DNA from: Octopus vulgaris | Taxonomy: Eukaryota | DNA: 64,000 nucleotides | Direction: 5' to 3' | Assembly: GCA_951406725.2 (NCBI GenBank) | Contig: OX597833.1 | Coordinates: 22,630,001 to 22,694,000 of the forward strand | In this document: piece after piece, positions 38,247-52,486 of the stretch | Layout: each line of letters begins with the position of its first letter | Numbering within the stretch: the stretch's first letter is position 1 | Made by a program: the position numbers and the translations under genes | The notes under the pieces: generated by a model | Told to the model about the DNA's origin: nothing | Databases searched by the model: none | The model's input: the letters and a program-made list of their open reading frames with translations, nothing else

Positions 38247-38899
38247 CAGGATGCACTGTATTTGTTAACAAATTTAAGCGGGTCTTAAATGGAAGACAAA
38301 TTAATAGTGTAGTGAAAATATGAAATAACTTGCATCGCCCGCTCCTGAAGAGTAAGGACCTGTTAGAGATTTTATGGTTGTGTATCGGTAAAGAGTTTGC
38401 GTTGTAAAGAGGAAGAGGACATAAGGGAGCGGGTAATGCAGGCTTTGCATAGAAGACCGAGCAAGGATCCTTAAAAACTCGCTTGACTCGGGAATTCTCT
38501 TAAATTTCAGACACGAGATCTTTAGCCTCTGGCCGCATTTTAAACGCTACCTGCTACAGGCGTGGGATTCCCCGTTCGTCGATTAGGACCATAAGATTTT
38601 TTTTGACTGGGTCGATCTAAGGGCGACAACCCGTCCCATTTAAGGCTCAGGCAGTATATAATATTCTTTTGTTTAAAAATTAACTGACCGTAACGGTTTT
38701 CTATCTCCAGTTTGAAGAGAGGTCATATGCCCACGGCCATTGGAAACTGACGAGTCGTCTATACAGCTAAGCGCTTCATGGATGCAAAATCATTGGTCTC
38801 TCAATGACCGGACATATATTTAACAGTATGTGAATACACTACTGCTCTAACTTTAAAGTGTGCTTCTTTTTCGAATATATGCTCTATTGAAGATTATAT

Positions 38900-39130
38900 G
38901 TGTGCGTGTGTGTGTCTCTGTGTCTGTTCCCAACCACCGCTTACAACGAGTGTTTGTGTTTTTACGTCCCTGTAACTTGGCGGTTCGGTAAAAGAGAAGG
39001 TTAGCAGAAGTACTAGACTTAACAGAAATTAAGTACTAGGGTCGAATTATTCGGCTAAAAGCTCTTCCAGGCGTTGCCCTAGCATGGCCGCATTCTAAAG
39101 ACTGAAACAAGTAAAAGATAAACGATAAAA
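38900..39130 (+). mobile_element. SINE family A, 3' module (another copy at 39380-39600)
   Basis: GGCGGTTCGG..AAGTACTAG..CATGGCCGCA..GACTGAAACAAGTAAAAGATA. Confidence 0.75.
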
Positions 39131-39135
39131 ATATA

Positions 39136-39332
39136 TACGAAGGAGTGCTGAAAAATTCTTGGCGAAAGACCTGGTTGGAAGCCCGATTTCCGAGTTCTTT
39201 TAAAGGGCTTAGAAAAACTGAAGAACCGGCGCGATAAGTGTGTGAATCTGAAAAGGGGATATGTTGAATAAAATCATTATTAACTGATTCTCCTGTATTT
39301 TTACCCAAAGCCAGGAACTTTTCAGCACCCAG

Positions 39333-39337
<5 letters not shown>
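39136..39337 (+). mobile_element. Mariner-derived MITE
   Basis: TIRs TACGAAGGAGTGCTGAAAAATTCTTGGC / GCCAGGAACTTTTCAGCACCCAGTCGT. It retains the transposase C-terminus GLEKLKNRRDKCVNLKRGYVE*. Confidence 0.85.
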
Positions 39338-39369
<32 letters not shown>

Positions 39370-39599
39370 CGCACGCGTGTTTATGTTTGTGTTTGTCCTC
39401 CTGCTGCTGCTTGACAACCGATGTTGGTTTGTTTAGGTTCTCGTAAATTAGCACTTCAGTGAAGGAGACCGATAGAATAAGCACCATACTTAAAAAAAAT
39501 GTACTAGGGTCTATTTCTTCGCTTAAACCTTTGAAGGTGATGATCCCAGCATGGCCGCAGTTCAATGATTGAAAGAAGTAAACGATAAAAGATAAAGAA

Positions 39600-40526
39600 A
39601 AATTGCTGGGTGTATTTTCTTTTCACTATAACCAACAAAAAGGTAAACATGGGAGAAACAATAAAGATGGATGAATTCATCGTTCCTCATACAGTAAACT
39701 TATATTGTTAAATGAAGCAAGTGAAAAACCTGCAACAAATAGATTCGTATCCTAAAAGCAAGTGAAATAAGAGGTATTGTAACAGCAACAGTGCTTACGT
39801 AAACAAGAAGTACACGGACAGTGTCGAAAGGAATACTGTAAACCACCTAGTATGGAAGCTCAAAGGCATAGAAAAGAACAGGAGTCTTTAAAGGCTCAGA
39901 AACATAAACTAGGATTTGTTAAATAGTTTGACAAGAAGAATTGTATCTTTTACAGAAAAGGAAGAATTTATTATAGAACAAAAGAAAGGATCCCTTCTCC
40001 AAATTACGGTCCTAGAATACGTATGGAAAAGAAACAGAATGACCGGTGTCTTAAGGTAAAATTACAGATAGATTTTTATCTCTGATCTACATGCAATAAA
40101 TACTGTTTATCATTAGACATTGTGGTATAAACTTCAGAACTGGTAAGCAAATACCTGAGAAATATCTACTTGATATAACTGCCAAACGTTTTAGAATTTG
40201 ATGTGCAAGCAGATTCCTTTATGAAAGTCATAGAATATGTGCCAGAAAATAATGAGGAGAAGGCCACGGTCGGTGACCTCAATGAGAATATGCAACGTTA
40301 TCTGGCTGATTCAGATGCTACAGTATATGGTCCTACTCAAGGAGAAAGTAATAAAATACTTTCGAAATAAAACTATCATATCGGTGGCAAACAATGTAGT
40401 TAACTCTATGGAGTATTACATCAACCATTCTATATGAATACTATATCTCACCAAAGCAGGAAATCCATGAAGAACAGAATAATCGAAACAGCTGTAAAGC
40501 TTATCTAGAATGGCATAAAGTTTATT

Positions 40527-40577
<51 letters not shown>

Positions 40578-40578
40578 G

Positions 40579-40610
<32 letters not shown>

Positions 40611-42000
40611 TAGAGATAGGTATATAGATAGATAGATAGAGAGAGAGAAAGGTGAGGAGAGATTAAAACAACCATAGAAAGAGAGGGAGAGAAAGAAAGA
40701 GACAAAGAAAGAAGTGGGGAAAGAGATTGTTATCTTGGATACCAAAAATCAAATTGGATTTGGAATGCAACAGCCACTTTGTTCCTGAATTTCTAAATAT
40801 TTTCCTTCAGAAGTTGTTTATTTACACAAACAGATGCAAAGTTTAAGACAGCGTCTGTAGAAAAACAAACAAAAAAACCCCAAAACATTTACACTGTGTA
40901 CCAGACCCTCAGTAATTCTTGCTCTCTCCCAGAAATGTATAAGTACCCAACTAAATCTTTTTTGCTTCTATATTTCTCACTGATACACAAAATTGTCTTA
41001 AATTCTACTACAGTCATGTTGAAGTGATCAGGCTGGAGACGTGTGCTGCAATCGACCAAGGCACTGAAATTTCAAATTTCACAGTATAACCATTCATGCA
41101 ATATTGTTGCCAACAATGTAGACGGCACCTTAATAGCAATAACACAATCTATGATTTGGGAATGATTATAACAATTACACAATGTGTATTACACGGATAA
41201 CCGATTCTCTTGAATACCTTACACAGTTGATAATATAATTGAAGTAGAAAACGTCATTGGACCTGTATTTCATTTCACAAAAACATAGGGTACAAAAGCT
41301 ACAATATCAGCAGTACAAAGGTTACAAAGGCGTAGAGAAATCAACCAGTAATATCAGAAGTTCTCTACAAAATATTTCAATCAATGAAATGTGCATCTCT
41401 TTCTTGAAAAGGAATGGTGCAACAGATTCAAAAGAGTGACCATCTTATAAATCGCATATTTTATTCATGCCCTTGATTGACCTAAATTCCGCTGGCAGAA
41501 TTTTTTTTAGACCACGATGTTTGCTCAAACGCCACATGTTACAAATCATACCACTTGCGATATTTGACTAGCAGTTGTAGCTCAACACAATGAAACTTCA
41601 GAAATGTGTCCCCTGTGCAATGAAATTGATCTTATTGTTGTAGGGTTCGACAGATTCCCCACTATTTCAAGGCTTTTAGGGGCAGTTGAGCATATTGTAT
41701 CCGGATGTGAACCTGAAGAACTATGTATGTGAACCTGAAGATTGTTTGTATGAAAGTACTTCATTAAATTGCATGCTCAATGCTAAAGCAAGCTCAAGAA
41801 TTATTCCTGGCAAAATTATAGTGAGTGAAGTATCAAGACAAGTGATAGAAAGTTTCTATCATTTTAGAAAATGGCACCGGATTATGAAGAAGAGAATATG
41901 TGGTGAGTTTTCTACGCTGAGATTGTTTCGTACTGCAAACATTTTCAACAGATCAGGAAGATCATATTTAAGAAAGAACGTCGCAGTGGCAAGCAAATGA
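39600..42000 (+). mobile_element. Very decayed RLE-type LINE (R4/Dong-like); boundaries uncertain
   Basis: Split CCHC motif: CPLC at 41607-41618 and VEHIVSGC at about 41685-41708. The strand is A-rich, but other motifs are barely recognisable. Confidence 0.35.
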
Positions 42001-42823
42001 AGTTGGGCTCTTTCTTTAAGCTAATATCACTGACTCTAACTCCTATTTCACCTTCAATCTCCTATGCATCACAACCGTTGGCATATAAACCGTGGCCCAT
42101 TTGTGAAGATTTGTATATTTCAGAACAAGTCTCAGGTAAATTATTCCTCTTCATCTTTACCTTGAGATAACGAAAAAAAAAAAAAGAAGACTCCAAGTAC
42201 TCAGCTACACTGAGAAAAAAGTTAAGTAAAAATTACACATAGAATTATTGTTACATGTGTTTGCTAAGATTTCGACTCCAGACTTCGTACATTAACTCCA
42301 TTGAATCTCTATGGTACAAGCCTCTGATTTTATCGGGAACTACATTTTACAGAAAACTGTTACAATTTGGCCTTTGATTAGCATATTTCAGAAATGAACA
42401 CCGCCTTATTTTAATTTATCAATTACCGTATAGGCCGTAATATAAGATGAACTCTCACATAAGACGCAGCCCTATTTTAAAAGTATATTTTGTCCCTAAA
42501 TTCTGTTCCTCATATCTTTTATCTTTTACTTATTTCAGTCTTATATACCTGCAAATACAATAGTTATGGTTTATGTGCTGCATTTAAAAATTTAAAATTA
42601 TGCTTTAATTTTAACTCTTCTGTCTTTTGATGCGATTTATATTGTAAAGTTAACGAAATTTTGAAAAAAGATACTCTTAATCTGAAAATCACTGAAACAC
42701 ACTTGTACAAGCTGATTATACAATAGTTTGAGGTAAATTGACATTGAAATTGCGTTTGCTCCCAAGCTACTCAAAACAAACACGATACGAAATAGGCACA
42801 GTCCCGTCCGTGCACAAGCGCGT

Positions 42824-42910
<87 letters not shown>

Positions 42911-43056
42911 AACACACACACACACGTGCACATTCTCACAGACATGCATACAATCTCGAGTTCACGTGCACGCAAAAACATACTTTCAATTCTCTTCCCG
43001 TCTCCACAATCTCTCAGTATCTAATCAACAACATACCTCTTATGGAGCTAAAAGAG

Positions 43057-43661
43057 GTCAAATTTCGAAGAGACAAGTTGCATTTCTTCCCACGTAGTAC
43101 AACCGTTAATTTTTTATGGAATTAAGGAAAATGCGCCGATGATAACAGGTACGGCTGTCAGTTTAGTGTCTGGGCATCCGACTTTCTTGACATTTCTACA
43201 CCCCATTTTTATCTTTTATCTTTTACGTTTTTAATATTGTCATTAAATATGGCCCACAGTGCCACAATTTTACGTTTTTAATCGTTAGGCTCCGGCTATA
43301 CTGGGACATCACCTTGAAGGGCTGAGTCGAACAAATCGACTCCAATACTAATTTTTTGAAGTCTGGTACTTATCCTATCCTTCTCTTATGTCAGGCCGCT
43401 AGATCTCGGGGATGTAAACAAACCAGTTGTCAAGCAGTGGTGCAAGGGAACATAGACATACACACATATGTCTCTATATATATATGACAGGTTTCACACA
43501 GTTTCCGTTTACCAGATCTATCCATAAGGCATCAGTATATATATATATATACCGGAGTAAACACATAAATGTGAAACAAGGTGGAAAAAAGAGTACCCGA
43601 ATACCAGAGGTAGAGTAATATGCTTTATTTAAAGGTTGAATTTCTGCTGCTTTTAAATAAA

Positions 43662-43758
<97 letters not shown>

Positions 43759-43850
43759 TGTATGTATGTATGTATGTATACGTATATATATATATATATA
43801 TATGCATGTGTTTGTGTATGTGTGTGTGTGTGTGCATACCCACGCACATA

Positions 43851-43882
<32 letters not shown>

Positions 43883-44251
43883 CTACTGAAATGTGATGTA
43901 ATAAATCTAGAACTTACTAATGTGGAACATGAAGAGAAGCAAGCTTGTCTAAGAAGGATAATTTGTGAAAGAAAAGACGCTCTAGAAGAAATGCAGTTAC
44001 ATGGGACAACTCTTAAAGAGACATCGGGATTGTGAAAAGTCGTGGCATTGTGGGCCATATTTAATGCCAATATTAAAAACGTAAAAGATAAAAGATAAAA
44101 ATGGGGTGCAGAAATGTCAAGAAAGTCGGATGTCCAGACACTAAACTGACAGCCGTACCTGTTATCATCGGTGCATTTTCCTTAATTCCATTAAAAAATC
44201 AACTGTTGGACTACGTGGATAGACATGCAACTTGTCTCTTCGAAATTTGAC
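43057..44251. repeat. Inverted duplication with ~210-bp arms (43057-43265 / 44042-44251)
   Basis: The arms are clear reverse complements with scattered substitutions. The spacer holds a SINE A fragment and microsatellites. Confidence 0.9.
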
Positions 44252-44724
44252 GGTGTCGAGCCTTTCTGGTGACGTCGATGTTCGCCTGGGGCTAAATGCA
44301 ACAGTAACACCCCCACCACCCTGCCCTGTCCCTAGCCATATTCAGATGGCTTTAGTCCCTTATGTTATCGAGCAGTTACTGTCTATATCTCTTTTAGAGA
44401 ATTATTATTGCTTTCGAACAGATTTTCGAAATCAGCAAATGTATTTTGCTTGAAAATCTATATATGAATATCCTGCAGAGTGAGAATTCGTCGAGGAAGC
44501 GGAAGCCTACCACACGCCGACGATAGGCAATACACCTTGAAACCATGGTCCGTGTGTGGTTTCCGCTTCATCGGGGAATTACCTCCCTTTGCAGGATAAG
44601 GACACCGTGACGGTGTCGAGCCTTTCTGGTGACGTCGATGTTCGCCTGGGGCTAAATGCAACAGTAACACCCCCACCACCCTGCCCTGTCCCTAGCCATA
44701 TTCAGATGGCTTTAGTCCCTTATG

Positions 44725-44728
<4 letters not shown>
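44248..44728 (+). repeat. Identical 121-bp direct repeat (44248-44368 / 44608-44728)
   Basis: TGACGGTGTCGAGCC...CCCTTATGTTAT occurs twice at an offset of 360, with no mismatch seen. Confidence 0.95.
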
Positions 44729-44777
<49 letters not shown>

Positions 44778-44941
44778 GAGGTGAAACACCTTTCTTCATG
44801 TGGTCGGGTATAAAAATTAAGACACTATGACATTTTCCTACCTTTCTTAACCTGAAACTAATGGTAGCTTTAATTCACAAATAAAGGAATTATATCTACC
44901 AATGCGGTGTTGAGCATTCATTTCCATCGTACGACATTTAC

Positions 44942-44981
<40 letters not shown>

Positions 44982-45207
44982 GTAAATGTAATATGTGAGA
45001 GTTATTCGGTAGCTGTAATAAAACTCTGAGTTTCGGATGCTGAGGTGGATGCAGATGGCGGCGTGGATTTCCACTCGGCATACGAAACTCGGAGTTTTAT
45101 CACGGCTACCGAATAATTGTCACATATTACATTTACTGATAAATTCCTCTATTTATATAGTATCGAGGTCTCTTTCATTCTTTTGTTGTCTTACCATTTT
45201 AATCAAT
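44982..45207. repeat. (TA)n-embedded fold-back element; its 3' part recurs at 1-60
   Basis: Arms at 44982-45049 / 45070-45136. Positions 45149-45207 match window positions 1-60. Confidence 0.85.
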
Positions 45208-45725
45208 ATATATATATATATATAAATATATAGGCCTTGTGTCTATCGTAGAAAGAATTATTATTGTATATGTGCGTGCGTGCGTGTGTGTGTGTATGAG
45301 CGTACGTGCGTGCGTGTGTGTGTGTGTGTGTGCGTGTGTGTGTGAATAAACGCACACACACACACACATATATATATATATCATTCGTTTTTCTCTTAAT
45401 CAAAATCTGCCTCCCCTTCTTTTTATTATTTTCCAATGCCTTCTCACCACACACATTTCGATATCATACACAAATTTCTTCCTTCTTCCTCCTCCTATCT
45501 CTACAATTTTCTCCATCATTCGCTCACTATACGTTTTTCATTTTATCACATTACCTCCCTGGTTCTATTATTGAGGTCTCTATTGTAGAGTTCTATCCTA
45601 CTTCTTTTCACCTCACCCCATTACTCGGGTTATTTTTTTCTATCTCACTGTTTTTTCTTCCTTGCCGGTATTTCAGTCTGTTCGCATGGCTGCCTGTCTT
45701 GTTTGGTGCTGACTATTTCTCTCCC

Positions 45726-45779
<54 letters not shown>

Positions 45780-45830
45780 GTATGAGTGTGTATGTGATTG
45801 TTTGTGCGTTTGTGAGTGTGTACATGTGTC

Positions 45831-45863
<33 letters not shown>

Positions 45864-46070
45864 TCGTGTGTGCGTGCGTGTGTGCATGTGTGCATATACA
45901 TGTGTGATTGTGTGTATACTATGTGTGTATACATGCGTGTATACATGCGTGTGTGTGTATATACATGTGATTGCATTTGTGTGTGTTTGTGTGCATCTGT
46001 ACATGTGCGTGTGTGTGATCGTGTGTGTGCGTGTGTGTGCGTGTGTGCGTGCCTTTTGTGTGAGTGTAGA

Positions 46071-48019
46071 CAACGTGCGAGGGGTATCTGAAGACATTTA
46101 TCAGTATATTACTTTCTTCAAACTTATCAAAAGGATTTTATTGTATTCAAATCCCCCTTGGCTGGTAAAAAGTTAACACAAGAAATGAAAAGACATGCAG
46201 TCATCGTTGCCATGTAAAACACAGGGATTTAGAAGTTACCAACTTTCTAAATGGTGCCAGATCTTTCGTAAACAAAATTCAGATGGAATCAAAAGTCTCT
46301 GGTGGGAATGTTTCAACTGCATCAAACATACAAAAAAAAAAAGAAAAAAAAGGAAAAGAAAAAAATGTTATATTCAAGATGGTCAATTTTTTCCTTTTTA
46401 TTTTCTTGCCAAATAAACACACGCACTAGATATTCGTTCTTCACTCGTTTATTATTGTTATTTTATCTTATGTTAATTGTTTGGAAATCATTCGTCACAC
46501 ACCTGTGACCTCTTCAGCGACTCTTCTATCCCACGTGTCTTCTCCTGTTCTGTTTCGCCCATTCTTAACAGAACATGAGGAGACACGTGGGATGGAAGAG
46601 TCGCTGAAGAGGTCAGAGGTGTGTGACGAAAAATTTCCAAACAATTAACATAAGATAAAATAAGAACAATAATAAATAAGTGCATGTGTTTATTTGGCAA
46701 GAAAAAAAATGACCTTCCCAAAATATAACAATAACTGCTTCAACACACGATTTTACATCAGGAATCTTGCAACACAAATTTATAAACATAAAAAATAAAA
46801 AAAAGAAGATTCTAAATGTTCAGATACTATAAGGATTCCGCAATTCATCCAAAGTTCTAAACATTATGATCCCGGAAATCAATGACTGCTAAAAAAAACT
46901 TCAGGTGTCGGATTGAACAATAAAAAGTGTAGTACATGAGGATATTCGATACAAGTCGTATGTACTGAGGAAAGGTAAAGTTACAGGTCAACTGTTTGAT
47001 TCGTGCCAAGTGGTTTTCAACAAGGTTAAAAACCCTGCCCAAACATGGCATGCTTTGGTTCTTCTCCGATGGGAAAAATTTCGACAAAAACCAAAAGTTT
47101 AACAGGAGAAGAATCGACAGATGGTTACGCACTGATCGTTCTGATGCCCCCAAAGAGATGCAGACTAAGTTTTCAGAAATTGTGAAGGTTTTAGAAATGT
47201 TGTTGGAAACGAAGGTCACGCTACCTCATATCCTTCAGCAGGGTCTCTTTCTCTCTCTATCTGAATGTGATTGTTTGTTTGTATGTGTGTGTATGTATGC
47301 GCATGCGCGCGCGTGTGCGTATGTGTAAGTGTGCTACTGGATACGCTGAGGTGCTGGAGACAGATAGATAGATGTATATGCATGTATGTATGTATGTATG
47401 CATATGTACCCCACCACACACATACACACAGAGTGCGAGAGGTATTTGAGGACATATTTGTGAATTATGTCTGTGTATGTGCGCGTATGATCCTATGGAT
47501 CAATGCTGCTGGATATATTGAGGTACTGGAGACAGTTGTTAGGAACCGGATGAATGAAGTACGAGGTGGAAGGTCGTACGTGTTTTAACAAGACGCAGCA
47601 TCTTCTCGCAAAACTCACGTAACCCATGAACGGAAGTCAGACAATCTTTGCAATCATGTAACACCAAACTTGTGGCCTTCAAACTCTCCAGATTTAAATC
47701 CTAGGAACACTTCTATGTTTGGAACGTTGTTGAAAGGGAGACCGTTCGATATCCTCACAACACCATATTTTCACTGAAGGCTGCCGTTGTCCAGACGATG
47801 TCCGAAATGAATAAAGGATCATTTAGTGTAGGTATGTCAACAATCGCGGTCTGGCATTGAAGTAGTCATCGAATCTGAAGTCGTATTCATAGAATACTCT
47901 TGTAAGAAATGTTATCGAAACCATGAGCAGACATTTTTATTAAAATACATTTGGCTATTGCTAGATTAGAATTGTTTGTTGATTTACCAAATCTCCTCAA
48001 ATACCTCTCGCATACTCTG
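46071..48019 (+). mobile_element. maT/DD37D (Tc1-mariner superfamily) transposon relic with insertions
   Basis: WFFSDGKNFDKNQKFNRR..DRWL, TKF, YIEVLETVV and YVF*QD..WPSNSPDLNP give spacing consistent with D37D. TIR-like sequences lie at 46071-46097 and 47994-48019. Confidence 0.85.
46381..46714. repeat. Long fold-back palindrome with a hammerhead-like core, nested in the maT element
   Basis: Near-perfect arms flank a loop at 46554-46566. CTGAAGA-G-GTCA..TGAC-GAAA lies at 46604-46631. Confidence 0.85.
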
Positions 48020-48099
48020 TGTGCGTGGGTGCGTGCATGTGTGTGTGTGTGTGCACAAATGCATACACATACATACAGACAGGCAGACATAAATATCTA

Positions 48100-48780
<681 letters not shown>

Positions 48781-49215
48781 ATGAGTTAGAAATAATGAAG
48801 TGAGTCAGTGAGAACAACGACGCAAAACTAATTTAATGAAGACGAAGTCACGAAGAAATTGAATGAAGTGAAAGAAATCCATTAGCATAAATGAAAGGAA
48901 AAATAAGCACCCTTAATTTTGACGTACCCGTGTGCATTTGTATACACGCGCGCGCTCACACATACACGCACACACATGCACACACAGAGTCTTACACATG
49001 CACTTATATACATTCGGCAGCGATTGTTTTATTATATTTGTTCCGACGTATCGAGTATTGAGTTCAGATCACTCCAAGATCAAATTTACCCGTTACTCTT
49101 TCGGAATTAATAAATAAAATAACCTCAATTAATCGCTGGTGCTGACTTCGCCTTTCGTCAGTTGTCATATTCTGGATGTTCCCCTGGAAGAAGAGGAAGA
49201 AGAAGAAGCGGAGAA

Positions 49216-49268
<53 letters not shown>

Positions 49269-49360
49269 TCCTTCAGTACACCTGAGTCTGCTCACAACCA
49301 CGTGGGTACGAAAAACAGAGTGAAAGGATAATACATTCTGTTACTCTCGATATCTGCTGT

Positions 49361-49452
<92 letters not shown>

Positions 49453-49499
49453 CTCTACACCACATTAGCCAAATACACATTCACATAATATACGTATAA

Positions 49500-49813
49500 A
49501 CACATACATATATGCGTGTATATATATATACGAGTGTGTGTGCGTGTGTGTGTATACATAAAGATACTCATATGTGTATGTATGTATATATCTCCATCTG
49601 TCTATCTATATATCTATCTATAAATGTCTGTGTGTGTGTATATATATATATATACACACACATATATGCCTGTGTGCGTAGATATATATGTGTGTATGTG
49701 TTTGTGTGCGTATGTGAGTGTATGTATGTATGTATGTATGTATGTATGTATGTGTGTGTATATATATATATGTATGTATACCTATATGTATGTGTATATA
49801 TATATATATATAC

Positions 49814-49865
<52 letters not shown>

Positions 49866-50065
49866 ATATAGGTATACATATATATATATATATATATACA
49901 TACATACATACATACATACACTCACATACGCACACAAACACATACACACATATATACCTACACACACAGGCAGATACGTTTATTAGCATGTATTTTTGTA
50001 GGTACTATTAAATTGCTCACTAAAACGCCATGATGATTACTGAAGATATGTTAGGTAAGCATACC

Positions 50066-50123
<58 letters not shown>

Positions 50124-50283
50124 ACACGCACACACACCCACACATAGACACAAACACTCAGCACACACACACATACCCCGCCACTCAACCATACGCACAT
50201 GCAAAACAATTTTTTAATGCTTACTTGTTGGAATTTATAAGAACAAGCAGTAGCTTATATGCATTATAGTACATACACACATA

Positions 50284-50332
<49 letters not shown>

Positions 50333-50356
50333 CATACACGTGTGTTTTTGCATATG

Positions 50357-50403
<47 letters not shown>

Positions 50404-50442
50404 GTGTGTGTGTGTGTATATATATATATATGTGTGTATGTG

Positions 50443-50497
<55 letters not shown>

Positions 50498-50510
50498 GTA
50501 TGCATGCATA
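49500..50510. repeat. Compound TA/TG/TATG microsatellite field containing a fold-back at 49667-49972
   Basis: Read directly from the sequence. Confidence 0.9.
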
Positions 50511-50821
50511 ATCCGATGATGATGTTGATGATAGTGGTGGTGGTGATGATGATAATAAAAATAGCAATTGTTCCTAATTTTGGCTCAAAGCCAGCAATTT
50601 TGAGTGGGGGGCATGATTGGATACGATAACTCCCAGTCCTTGACTTGTTCTATATTTTAGCGACCCCGAAAGAACGAAAGACAAAGCAATCATAAAATGA
50701 AGAACAACAAAATCAACAGCAGCAACATCGACCACAACAATATAATAACCCAAATCTCTGAAACTTGAGAGGAGTATTATGCGATGATTTCACTATCACT
50801 GCCTGTCTTTAAATATATGTC

Positions 50822-50853
<32 letters not shown>

Positions 50854-50859
50854 TGTATG

Positions 50860-50890
<31 letters not shown>

Positions 50891-51339
50891 GTGCGCGTAG
50901 CGATGTGTGTGTGTGTGTATTTTTTTCTATTTTTAATTGCTCAAAATCTTCCTGTAAGAAAGGAATTGGTTTCTAATAAAGATACAAAGCTCTATCGTTG
51001 AAATGTAAATCACAAGAAAATAGATCCGCATTTAGAATTTGAAAAAAGTCGTGCATCTTTTTACTGTTCTGCTCACAAATCGTATTTGTAATGTGTATGC
51101 AAGCTGGTTGATTTTTTTTTCTGAAAACTAGCATTTCCAGATAGTCAAGCATTTGCTCCCAAAATGAAGCGTACCAATTATTATTGGTATGTATGTACAT
51201 TTATAATTTAGGTATAGAAGTTGGTAATTAGTCCGTAATTATCTTGTTTCTTTTTGGTTTTCGAAGAGATATTTACATCAGCGGAGCAGCTGACCGCTAT
51301 GACAGTACATACTTTATCTTATAAGTCCAATACAACAAC

Positions 51340-51720
51340 TTGGTAGCCATTTTGGTGAGCATGTTCCATCAATAGCCCTTGTGTTTAAGTTGATGAATTT
51401 GTTAAACAATAGACAATTTGACCAGTCTAATTAAATGGCTCAACTAACCTAATTAAGTTTAGTTGAGCCGTTTAAATTGCATGTAGTCTCATCGGTCAAA
51501 ATAGTCATTGTTGGAATTGTGCATCCTTTACACGTCTTGCAAAGTACCACTCACAAAAATTCTATTCTTCGAGATTCGTATTATCTTCATTGAGATCATG
51601 GACTATTTTTGGAATGTGCCTTTTCCAATGATACCGCTTCAAAATGCGATGGACACTTGATTTCTTAATTTCTAATTCACGAGTCGCTTGCTACACTCTG
51701 GCAATATGAGCTGTAGACTT
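51340..51720 (-). mobile_element. Mariner-like transposase relic (rosa/DD41D-type N-terminal half)
   Basis: Minus strand reads [56 protein letters not shown]. Confidence 0.7.
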
Positions 51721-51940
51721 GAGCCAAGCAAAGACCAAGACAATGTTTGACATCTGGATTTTTGTCCAGCGGTCTACCACTCAGGCAATGCGGTTGGTGA
51801 AACTTTCACGCTGGTTTACTATAGAGGATTAATGGTGTGGAAGAACAATAACATTCTCGGATTAACTGGAACTCTTGTCGTCGTAACTGAGAGGAGTGCC
51901 ATATATATATATATATATATAAGCCAGAAATATATATATA

Positions 51941-52360
51941 TATGTGATATAAAATCCGTTCCGTCTGTCTGTGTGTGTCTTCTAGGATCTCGGGCATCCT
52001 CCATCCGATTTTGCTCAAATTTGATATGTAGATACCGACGGTATCAGGGCGTGTATAAGTCTTGAAAAAATTACAAAAATCGATTCCAGGTGAGAATGCG
52101 ATCGTTAAAGTCGTGGGAACGTGCATTTGTACGCGCAAGTACATCAGCTGTTGCGATCGATACTACGCGTACGCGAGAAAAATGCACGTGCAGTTTGCGT
52201 AAAAAAAAAAAGCCGGCCTGTTTGGTGTCTCAAATTTAGGTTAAATCAGTGTTTTTCAAAGGGGAGGCCTATGGACGGTTGGACAAGTTGTTTTGAGAAA
52301 ATTTGGTTTAAATGTTTGACAACTCAGCACCGTCCATTGGTCGGGGGGCGTTTTGCTCGT
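51941..52360 (+). mobile_element. Non-autonomous Helitron-like element
   Basis: 5' ATATAAAA..CCGTCTGTCTGT and CCGATTTTGCTCAAATTTG motifs, with a GC-rich subterminal region ending GCTCGT (a CTAGT variant), set in (TA)n. Confidence 0.55.
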
Positions 52361-52412
52361 ATATATATGTATATATATGTATGTGTGTGTATGTTAATAT
52401 ATATGTATATTT

Positions 52413-52486
<74 letters not shown>

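Noticed and set aside
38240-38880. Possible mariner-like relic (TACAGGATG start, WP..DL-like peptide)
   Set aside because: The motifs are too weak and I found no matching second TIR.
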